From Schmidtea nova (lineage: Eukaryota): DNA of 64,000 nt. Shown piece after piece: positions 24,447-64,000 of this stretch; the stretch's first letter is position 1, and the number at the start of each line of letters is the position of its first letter. Both the position numbers and the translations under genes were made by a program. The notes below the pieces were generated by a model. It was not told the DNA's origin. It did not search any database and saw only the letters and a list, made by a program, of their open reading frames with translations. The stretch lies in the NCBI GenBank assembly GCA_044892505.1, contig CM097882.1, forward strand, positions 538,780,001 to 538,844,000, given 5' to 3'.

Positions 24447-27186
24447 GATATAATATATTACAATTATTAAAAATATATTTAAATATATATATATATGACA
24501 GAGGCACTACAATAGCCCCCGCCGAAGATCGCGGAGCGTATGGGACAATTGAAAACGGTATTCAAGGGTCAGTGTAAAAAAACTTGGAAGGCGAAACTTA
24601 ATTGTTCTTGTACCGGAGAGCAGTTTGTGTGTACCTTTCGCGACTAGGATGGATGAGGAGCAAGATGTGTCTGTGATGAAGGTGGTAGGTAGTATTGAAT
24701 AAGACGAGTCTGTGTCCATCTTGACGATAAGTGTTGGTGAGAGCGATGACGGAGATGCGGTTTGTGGAGGCTGTGGTAGAATGTGTGTGTAGTCTGTGCG
24801 GGTTTCGTTGTCGGAAAAGGTTAGCGGTGCTTGTGGTATTGTTAGTGGTGTTTTTTATGGTATTGAGGATACTGCAGCTGGTAGTGATGCGATGGCGCTG
24901 TGTGCGGTGTGCTGGGAGATGTTTTTGTTGGTGCTGTTGCAAGTGTTGTGCGAGGTGAGCTGGTTGGTTCTTGTTCTGGTGTTGGTGCTTGTATTGGTAT
25001 TGGTGGTGGTGTTGTGTGAGAAAATAGTACTGTGGAGAGAGTAGCGGTTGTTTCTGAGATGGTGCTAGCTGACGGAGTTAATCGTGTGTGCGTTGGACAT
25101 GGATGGCTGTGAGAAAGGGAATTCACTGGCGGGTAGTCATCGGAGCGTCCAAAAATATCCGATGACTTGATTAATTCGTTCTTGTAGAGGTGATGGTGAA
25201 TACACACTGGGATGATTGGATTTTAATGTGTACGGAATTCGGACGTGCAACCGATGCAGCAATTCTGTGCATGTTGTCTAAATCTGCTGTGGTAAAGGCA
25301 GATTAGTGTCGCGCTCTTATTTGGTTGCATGTTTTGTGCGCGTGTTGTTGGTAGGTGATTGGGATGCTGTGCATCATGTGATGGAGAGGTGTCGTTGAGA
25401 TATCTTTCAACTGTCCGAGGGAAAGGGTGGTGAGGTGTATGCGCTGTGTTAACGGTGGGGGAAGTGGATGTGCTGCGTAAATATCTGCGCAGGATTTATG
25501 TAGTTGCAGTGCGTGAATGCGGTCAGCGATCTTCGCGAGATGATATGGATCTTCAGAGTTAACTAATGCCAGTGAAGTTTGTAGATGGTAGGCGAGTGCA
25601 GAAAGGAATTAGTGGGTCAAAAGAGTTGCGTTTTTAGAATGACCGGGTACTGCCGCATTGTTTGAAGGAACTATTTCTCCCAAAAAGAAACTAGGTTGTT
25701 GGCCTGAGTAAATCTGTGGCGCCAAGAGTTTTTTTAGAGCTTGGATCTGTGAAGAAGTATATTTGGCCGTAATTAGATTTTTTAGGCTTTCGTTTTGATT
25801 TCCTGCGTCAAGAGCATCAGCAATTTTTGGGCTAGTTCGGCTATCAATTCGGCAGGTAAACTGTCGAGGAGGTAATCTGCACGTGACCCTGGAGAGAAAG
25901 ACGTACGCACTTCAAGGATCCGAAACCACGAAAAAGGTGTACCGTCCGGGTCCAGAAAAGACAGAATTGAGCGGAATTCGGATGAGGAATATGGCTCTGT
26001 TGTGATTCTATCGCCTCCTAGGATGCAACAGTTGATGTCCAATATTGAATTAGACTGCAACTGGGTAGAAGAGGAGACTAAAGAACCATTGCACCACACA
26101 TAGAATGAGGTCTTGTCAATGCGAAGCGAAGTGGAAATGTCTGTGTGTAAATCGGAAGTAACGGCGATTTCCCGTATTCTATTATTTAAACGCGTGAGGA
26201 TATAGGCTGGTAGTATCGGTGTGGTTTTATTGAAGGAATCGTTATCGTGTGTTGGATCTAGGTTAAGATTATGGGTGCTGTTTGTAGTTAAAGAGTGGAA
26301 GAGAGGCAGGATAGAAAATTCGGGAAGGGTAATTTTAAATAATATAATATTTATTAAACAATATTTATTAAATAATATATATATATATAATTATCATAAA
26401 TATGAATAAAATTTTATTTATAGAAATATAATTAATAATACTTATTGTCATATGAAATATTTGATATTGTTGTTGGAATGAGTGCATAATTTCGGCATTT
26501 GTTGGAGAGGCTGATAGCAATGAGCACGGAGAAGCAGCAGAGAATATCGACATTCCTACGGGAGGTTGTCGACTAATTGTGTATTGTTGGTTCGGATTGT
26601 GATTGGGATGTGTCACGGAAACTGGGTTTATGATATTGGCTGAAGTGTTACTTCTGCCAACGTGAAATGGAGCCGATAATACTTGAGAATGATTCTGATT
26701 GTCCGATGAAATGAGAGTAAATTGTGGTTGAATAGAATTATGTTGAGGCAAGGACACTACTATTATGAATAATGCTGCTGTTAACGACTTGTTGCGATTA
26801 TGGATGAATCTGATTGAGCATATTATGTTTGTGAGCTACTGAATGTTGCTGGGATGTAGAATATGAAATGGATCCAGGAGGCAACAAAACTGTGAATTGA
26901 GCAAATCTTAAGGGTAAATTATTCCCTATCGCAATTGTCTGTGAAGGCATAACATTGTCGTTTCTGACACCAATTATCGGGGATGCGACTTTCGTTGCCT
27001 ATACCCCGAAAACAAAAGTCATTACCATAAAATACAACATTTATTTAAAAGATATTTTTTTGTGCTTCTTTTAAAACTGATTCTAAAGTGCTTTATTTCT
27101 CTTCAAATTCTCTTCTGCGTTATAAATTTAAATTCTGTCATGCGTTATCTTATTAAAACAACTACTTTTTTATATATGTCCATATC

Positions 27187-27260
<74 letters not shown>

Positions 27261-27290
27261 AATAAATATATGTATGACAGAGGCACTACA
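24165..27290 (-). mobile_element. Non-autonomous Gypsy LTR element (gag + protease only), 3126 bp
   Basis: LTRs 26975-27290 and 24165-24511 (TGTAGT...CCGATA on minus); 5-bp TSD ATTTC (24160-64, 27291-95); PBS TGGTGTCAGAA (tRNA-Leu CAA type); PPT GGCGGGGGCTAT; gag remnants (DPDGTPFSWFRILE..., CLYHSRFRQHAQNC) and protease (MDTDSSYSILP); no RT, RNase H or integrase. Confidence 0.92.
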
Positions 27291-27309
27291 ATTTCAAAAT
27301 ATTAATAAT

Positions 27310-27485
27310 ATGAGCTATCGGAATCTTGAAAGAGTTTAAAGTCACAGGCAGAACATTGTTTACAGAAAAGCAACGAAACAAACGCCTTATCAGATGAGAA
27401 TCTTTGCACCTGACTTTGTTAATGTCAAAGGTCGTTATTGGTATTTTATTCGTCAATTGCAACAAGTGAGGAAAGGAAACGAATC
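27310..27485 (+). pseudogene. RPL18A: 60S ribosomal protein L18a (eL20) 5' pseudogene fragment, intronless
   Basis: GILKEFKVTGRTLFTEKQ / PYQMRIFAPDFVNVKGRYWYFIRQLQQVRK vs the RPL18A pattern GTLREYKVVGR...[31 protein letters not shown]; two frameshifts; truncated. Confidence 0.88.
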
Positions 27486-28498
27486 ACCTACTAATAACCA
27501 TTTAAAAAAATAAAACGGTGTAAAATTGTTCAATATGACTACTTGGCGCCAATCTTTCACAAAATGTGTTATTTAAAATTTCTGTAATTTAAAATTTTAA
27601 TTCTATATAACTCTAAACATTATTTTAGACAACAAAAATAAAATCTACTAATAACTATCAAACTTGCAAAAACTACAGAAAATTACTTTGTGATAATCAT
27701 ATACAATTTAATAATATAAGTTTGCCGGTCTATTTGAACGCTTTAAATTGTAAAAGGTTTCAAAATGCATATATTATTATATTATAATTCTAAAGTACAA
27801 AAGAAGTGTAGTTTTTAAGGAATTTTCAGCATGTGATATTTTGGTTATTTTATCTGTCTAATCCTATAATATATCCAAATGAATAATTTTGTTGCATAAA
27901 CTTATGCTATAAATAGGAATTATCAACAGGAATTTTGATCTCCTTGTCTTTAAATGAATTTAATTTAAAAGTTCAGGATTTTGAGTGACTTTTCTTAGGA
28001 TATCGTGACAAAGGAAAAACTAACTATTAAAATGAACCCAAAAGTGAAATTGGAAAATTTTATGCTTATAATAAACTCAAGGTTTATTGAAAAATGATTC
28101 AATAATAATTGCAGTTCCAATAATAAAAGTGATACGCCAAAATTATATATATTTGAATTTGATCAAGAATTCCTTAAAGCTAAAACAAGTATTAGCAAAT
28201 TACAAATGAAAAACTAATATAGATAGATATCTCTCCAATCAAATTTTACCAAAGATAAAAAGATTGTAAAGTAAAAAAAATAATTTCACAATAAAGCTTT
28301 CGGTACAAAAATGTGAATATTGAAAAATGAAATCCAAAATATATGTTAGATAAATACTAAAATAAAAGATTTTAATGCTATAAGAAAGATTACAACTAAA
28401 TGTTCATTAAAAACGAAATGATAATTGGATTGATAAGATTAAAAAACAATTTTATAATAAATCCGAAATTATTAATTATTTCACAAAATAATAAATTA

Positions 28499-58744
<30,246 letters not shown>

Positions 58745-60340
58745 TTAAAATTCATCAATTTTTTTGGTTTCAAAGTCTTAAATAATTAAAGAAAAATGAT
58801 TCAAATTTCTACAAAAATAATAGGTATATAACTTTTATAATTTTTAATTTTGAATAATATGAGTTGAAATTGTTAGCAATCTTATTAATAAGTTTAAACA
58901 AACTCTGAATATGACCTAAATTCATCGAAATAAAATTTAAGTTTCATTTATTACACTATGATTGAATTACAAATTTTCTTCTATTCTTTTAAGTTGTTTT
59001 ATTTATTCAATATTTTAATAAAGAATATTTAAAGAAAATTAACAATTACATTTTAACTCAGATTTTAATTTTTCAGAAGTTACCTAATGTTAGATTTTCA
59101 TCATTGCAAAGGGACATTTTTTACAAAACAAAAAAATAAAAATTATTTTATTTACTAGCAAAATTGGACTGTGGTAAAGTCAATGGCACAATTAAATAAT
59201 AATGTTGTGTAAGTAATAGTGAAATTTTTATTTAAAGCAAAAAAAATACAAATATAATAGAGGCGAATTCAAAATTCACGATAACACATAATAACATGAA
59301 GCAGCAACATATAATAAAAAGAACATAGAATATTAAAACAATAACAAGCCCAAAATAGTAGGCATTCGAGCCGCATTTCATAAGTATCTCGATGTACTGA
59401 TAAAACGATAGAAAGACGCATCTCAAAAGAGAGGATGCTTGAATTAATAAACAAAAGACCGCATGAAAATTCAATGGAGAATAATCATGGATGTTCTAAA
59501 AAATGAAAAGCATGATCAATGTATGAAAATATTATTAAAATAAAACGAATAATTTATTAAGAATTATGATAGAAATCCCCATTAAAATATTGTTAAAAAC
59601 AGAGATTGGAAAAAAATAAGAAATTTTTATTATTTAATCAATTGAAGCTTGCAAAATGACGTCATGGTGAACACACTTGTTTTATTAGACTTAATAATAA
59701 ATAATAATAAAAATTTGAAATAAACTGCAAAACTAATTTTAATGAGAAATAAATAAATAATTCATTTATTAGAATTAAATTATAATAATTTAATAATAAA
59801 TTATAATAATTACAAATTAAATTATATATCGCCATACATTTTTTCAAATAAAATTTAATTTAATTATTATTACAAAAAATTTTAAAAATTAATTAATAAA
59901 CAAAAATAAAATTTAGTTAAAATTCAACATACAATTTACAAATTTTTTTAAAAAAATGAAAATGTTCACAAAAACATAAAAAATTGTCAGTCGTCAGGAT
60001 GGAGGCCTTTTAGACTTAATCTAATTAAGTTGGGAATTCGAGTAAATACCAAAATTAAGAGTATCGATCTTGTAAAGAAACACATGTAGAACCTAGTTAA
60101 TTTTTTTTGGAACAGGCAAATAAGATAGGAAAATTTGAATTGATTTATAAACTAACCGTGAAATGTTATTCAAGTTACTGGAGTATAAAAGGGTGAAGAC
60201 GTTAAATGACATTATTGGATAGTACAGAAAACTAAGAGTTAATAAGCTTATCGAACCTTTGACAAAGTAAGTAATCATGCGCCTCAGACCTTCTATCGGC
60301 AGCAGGGACCTGAAAAATAAAATGCAACGAGGATCAGTTT

Positions 60341-60506
60341 TGTCGAGGATACGTAAATAATAAAATTAAATAATATCATAAATAAATAAAATGACTGGGA
60401 AAAATTTAGAAGGTAAACTATATGTTGTTATGGAATTTGGTGAAGAAGAAAGAATAGCAAAAAAGTAAGAAATGAGAAAGTAATAGATATATTAAGAAAA
60501 TATAAC
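60341..60506 (+). repeat. Family A LTR fragment cut by the Polinton insertion
   Basis: Starts TGTCGAGGATACG TAAATAATAAAATTAAATAATATCAT as in the other copies and stops at AGTAGT (60507). Confidence 0.7.
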
Positions 60507-60588
60507 AGTAGTTAGATAATGGCCCTTGAACTCACTTCAAATTCTACCCACCCCCCCACCCCCCTAGAAATTTTTTTTTCTGAGTTTA

Positions 60589-60867
60589 CGGGTCACTATG
60601 TTTTTTCTGGCCATTTTTGTATTGGAAATTTATTGTCAGTCTTTTGTACAGATGCGTTAGCGGGCCATTATGTTTTTGGGTCAATCTTTTTTATTGGAAA
60701 ATTTTTGTCGGTCTCTTGTACAGGTGCGTTGACGGGCCACTATGTTTTTCTGGTCATTATTGTATTGGAAATTTATTGTCGGTCTTTTGTACAGGTGCGT
60801 TTGCGGGCCATTATGTTTTTGGATCGATCTTTGTATTGGAAAACTTTTCTCGGTCTTTTGTACAGGG
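60589..60867. repeat. Four ~72-bp subterminal tandem repeats alternating A/B
   Basis: CGGG(T/C)CA(C/T)TATG unit starts at 60589, 60661, 60733, 60804; units 1/3 and 2/4 are most alike. Confidence 0.9.
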
Positions 60868-61147
60868 ATTTTTAGCTCCGAGATTTTTCTCGGGCAAAAA
60901 GGGACTCTAGTAATGTGAGAGTTGAAATGACACAATATTTAAAATTTAATAAAAAAAAAGGGTAAAATTAATTTTTTGGAGAAATCAGAGTTGGTAAATT
61001 TTTAAATATAAAATGAAATTCTTTTTTCACAAAATTCTTTTTTAAACCAATAAAAGTCTTAACTAATAAAAAGAAAAATTTTTAACTAATAAAAAGAAAC
61101 ATTTTTAACTAATAACAATTCAAATAAATAAAAAAAAACATTTTTAA

Positions 61148-64000
61148 CTAAATTTTATTAAAATAAATACAAATTTTATTAAAATAAATCTTCTTCATCG
61201 TCTTCTTCTGTAACTTGATTGAATTCTCTGTCATTAGTGTCTTTATAATGCCCGTATGCACAACTTTCATTTTTACCCAAACCCTTTTATCATCATTATT
61301 AGTTAGTGCAATTTTTGAATTTTTAAAGCTATATAACTGATGATTTTTTGTACCTATTCTAAATTGTGGTACACTAATCTCTGAGTTATTTAAATAACAT
61401 TTTACATATGAATCGTGGTCTATTTTAGTATCCTTTAATGTTGCTCCCTTAGCTTTTGTAGTATTAGTTTTACCCAACAAGCTGTAACATTTCGGTCTAA
61501 GGAAAATCCACTCATCATATCCTTCACCCTTACTTTCATCTTTGAATTTCCCAATAACAGAATCCAATTTCTTGCTGTATAGTGGGCGATCAGTTCGATA
61601 ATTTGATGTATCTAACAAGTTATCATTTTTCATTTCATTTAATAATATTTCTAATTTTAGATTTTTAATTTCTAGAAAAAACGAATCTGTATCGCCTGCT
61701 ACGATATTTATCTGACAACTATATTTGTCGCGATATTTTTGTAAATCTTTGTATTGTAATTCGTACATTCGAAGTTTTGATAAATCAAGCACCGATTGTC
61801 CAATATAACTCGGTCTATCTAAACAAATCGAATCTGGATTTAATAAAGCAGCAACTAAATTATCGTCGATTTTAATAGATTTTTTGAAAGAAGGTTTGGA
61901 TGTACATATAACTAGTTTTTTCTCTGTTGAACATAATCTTAAATTCATTCTCCTTTTAAGATTTTCCACGGTTTTGCCATACAGACTATTATTGAGTAAT
62001 TTGAAAAAGTTTTTATCTAAAGTATTAGTACTTTTCGCCCGCAATTCAGTGTTGGTGTCTATATATTTATTGAAAATTGGAGATTGCTTAAATTTAACTG
62101 CTCTATTTATCTTTGTGACTTTAACACCAAGTTCTAAATATAATTGAAGTAATCGCCAATGAATTATATAATTCTTTTTAGGGTAATGAGTCAATAGTAA
62201 TTTTTCTACTTTTGAACCTCGTGGTTTCATTTTTTCTGCAGCTACCGGGAAATCATCCAAGAAATCATGAATTTCAGCAGGTATTTCCAAATTTACCTCT
62301 AAAGTGTAACCGTAAGATATAGATTCAAGATTTAGATTAATACAGTCATGCAAAATATTATCTAAATTATCAGTCACCCAACTAAATTCTCCACAAGGTA
62401 AAGGTTGACTTAAAGCCCATCCGTAAAGATTATTTATATCGATGTACAATAATTCTGTATTTTCATCGGTTTTAACGAAGTGTTTATTTACAAAAGTCAG
62501 ACCTCCTCGAATTCCCCCTTCATAAAAGCTAAACATTTCATTTTCTGTTATTAATTCTATTGGTTCATCTAAAGTCATTAAAGAAGATGACCAAGACATG
62601 CCAGGAATACCAAAGTAATTCAATGGCTCTAACCTATTGTGAGCTATAGATTTGGTTCGAAATTGCTGAATGAAATCAGCCAAAAGAAAGCAATCAAGTT
62701 TCAAGTAAGTCATCATATAATCTAAAAGAGTAACACAGTTTGTTTCTGTCCAAATCAGTTGTGCCTTTTCATATTCTTCTTTTGAAACACCTTTCCAGAT
62801 TGGTGGTAACTCATAAGTATTTTCAAGTACTTCTAAACTTGTAGCAAAGCTATACGGAAAAATACCCTTTTCAGAAACTATAGTTCCATTAAAAACCGAA
62901 TTTGTCAAAGGTAAAGATTTCAACGTTTTCACTGCCTTTGCCAAAGAATCATTCACAAACTGGTATGAGTCTATAAATCTTAAACTAATCTTGCCAACAT
63001 GAGCTATCAATGAAATAAATTTTTCAGTTGTAATAGGTATACAACCCAATGACCAATTCTTGAACTTATTTAATCCGTGTTTAAGGATATGATGCATATC
63101 ATATCCTTTCAAGTTATGAAAAACTATTGGTAAAGACTTGTTGATTTTTCTATTAATGTTACACGTTTGACATGCTGCACCTAAATATTTCCCAGTGAAA
63201 TGGTCGTGGTCTCTTACAGGATCTACGATATTTTTCATGCAAAGGTAACAAGTGGTACCATTTTTAAATTGATCCTCTTCAATTTCAGTCAATCTATTCA
63301 TTGGTTTGTTTCCATTTTTATTGTAATATGGAAGAACTTTTAATAAAGCAATATCTTCAATCGCTTTTAAAAATTCATCTACACAATTTAGTCCAATAAA
63401 TTGTTGGTAAGACTTTGTCCCCTCAAAGTTATTTATTAACAAAAGACCCGCAGAAATAGGCAAGTGTTTCTGATAATATACATCATCCTTTGGTAAAATA
63501 GCTTCAAAGTCTGCATAAATAACGAATGGTGGGGTAACAGTTTTTGACCAATCTGTAAATTTTAGCATTTTATTTTCCGGGAAAGTGTATAATGTTGTTC
63601 CTAGTTGATTTTTTCTGCATAAAATCTCATGTTTTTCAAACGATAATTTATTTGGGAAACCATTTAAACATCTACTGCACCATTCGCTTCTTATCCTAGT
63701 AGTACAATAAATGCTTTGGTGACAATTCATTAAACGTTTTAAATTTATAATAGGTACATAATGATATTTTTCCCCTTCATTTAATAACAATAAATTTATA
63801 GTTTTTCCTTCTATTACCTTTGACCGATGAATAATATCCAAATGAGGATGCTTTAAAATATAATCATCTTGCTCTTCATTAATTTCATTATTATAACATA
63901 GTACATTTATGATCAATCCTGGATTCTTTGCCTCGAATTTTCTGATACTATTTAATTTCATGGGCATGTCTGATATATCATATTTGAGCTCTGACAAAAA
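61148..64000 (-). CDS. pPolB: Protein-primed family B DNA polymerase with inserted endonuclease VII/HNH-like Zn domain; 5' end outside the window
   Basis: Exo I YADFE, Exo II FHNLKGYD, Exo III YLKLD; Pol YIDINNLYG, KLLNNSLYGK, GDTDS, RPKCY; CYLC...DHDHFTGKYLGAACQTCN insertion. The track's 'M' at 63997 is a TTG, so the frame runs off the window. Likely 1-nt frameshift at 61270-61274 (true stop 61179-61181). Confidence 0.97.
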   Translation of the reverse strand, partial: FLSELKYDISDMPMKLNSIRKFEAKNPGLIINVLCYNNEINEEQDDYILKHPHLDIIHRSKVIEGKTINLLLLNEGEKYHYVPIINLKRLMNCHQSIYCTTRIRSEWCSRCLNGFPNKLSFEKHEILCRKNQLGTTLYTFPENKMLKFTDWSKTVTPPFVIYADFEAILPKDDVYYQKHLPISAGLLLINNFEGTKSYQQFIGLNCVDEFLKAIEDIALLKVLPYYNKNGNKPMNRLTEIEEDQFKNGTTCYLCMKNIVDPVRDHDHFTGKYLGAACQTCNINRKINKSLPIVFHNLKGYDMHHILKHGLNKFKNWSLGCIPITTEKFISLIAHVGKISLRFIDSYQFVNDSLAKAVKTLKSLPLTNSVFNGTIVSEKGIFPYSFATSLEVLENTYELPPIWKGVSKEEYEKAQLIWTETNCVTLLDYMMTYLKLDCFLLADFIQQFRTKSIAHNRLEPLNYFGIPGMSWSSSLMTLDEPIELITENEMFSFYEGGIRGGLTFVNKHFVKTDENTELLYIDINNLYGWALSQPLPCGEFSWVTDNLDNILHDCINLNLESISYGYTLEVNLEIPAEIHDFLDDFPVAAEKMKPRGSKVEKLLLTHYPKKNYIIHWRLLQLYLELGVKVTKINRAVKFKQSPIFNKYIDTNTELRAKSTNTLDKNFFKLLNNSLYGKTVENLKRRMNLRLCSTEKKLVICTSKPSFKKSIKIDDNLVAALLNPDSICLDRPSYIGQSVLDLSKLRMYELQYKDLQKYRDKYSCQINIVAGDTDSFFLEIKNLKLEILLNEMKNDNLLDTSNYRTDRPLYSKKLDSVIGKFKDESKGEGYDEWIFLRPKCYSLLGKTNTTKAKGATLKDTKIDHDSYVKCYLNNSEISVPQFRIGTKNHQLYSFKNSKIALTNNDDKRVWVKMKVVHTGIIKTLMTENSIKLQKKTMKKIYFNKICIYFNKI

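Larger units (their letters stand above)
60507..64000. mobile_element. Polinton/Maverick terminus, extending beyond the window
   Basis: Canonical AGTAGT terminus at 60507, C-rich tract 60547-60564, subterminal 72-bp tandem repeats, pPolB pointing toward the end. Confidence 0.92.

Noticed and set aside
24598-25207. Mucin-like or membrane-protein ORFs
   Set aside because: Low-complexity Thr/Pro/His linker between gag and protease of the LTR element, and its antisense shadow.
60519-60935. Three overlapping repetitive ORFs
   Set aside because: Translations of the 72-bp Polinton subterminal repeats.
61884-62147. Plus-strand 87-aa ORF
   Set aside because: Antisense shadow of pPolB with no recognisable motif.

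Overview
Eukaryotic (animal), very AT-rich, transposon-dense genomic DNA with one 183-nt N gap (19175-19357). Introns are either tiny (45-59 nt) or several kb long; this pattern and the mariner/Polinton load are consistent with a triclad flatworm (inference, not verified). I reconstructed two spliced host genes by hand that the ORF track only shows as fragments. One is a 14-exon LPCAT1/2-type lysophospholipid acyltransferase with EF-hands (minus, 28499-58744, 525 aa). The other is a 7-exon, 265-aa gene resembling C7orf31/SPMIP4 (plus, 4209-16039). The rest is mobile DNA: Gypsy pieces including a gag-protease-only LTR element, solo LTRs, mariners, hAT, piggyBac, a Ginger-type integrase transposon, BEL and Chapaev-like scraps, an RPL18A pseudogene, and the terminus plus pPolB gene of a young Polinton/Maverick (60507-64000). 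The most unusual signals are: (i) a decayed minimal TBP-like gene in a compact, virus-like gene cassette inside LPCAT intron 3, near two intact orphan ORFs; (ii) a 3-kb satellite carrying about 43 perfect ROR/Rev-erb-type nuclear-receptor sites, associated with AG-starting Polinton-like ends and an IS630/Tc1-like transposase; (iii) a Ginger element flanked by a 15-bp direct repeat. All homology calls come from motif recognition, not database searches.
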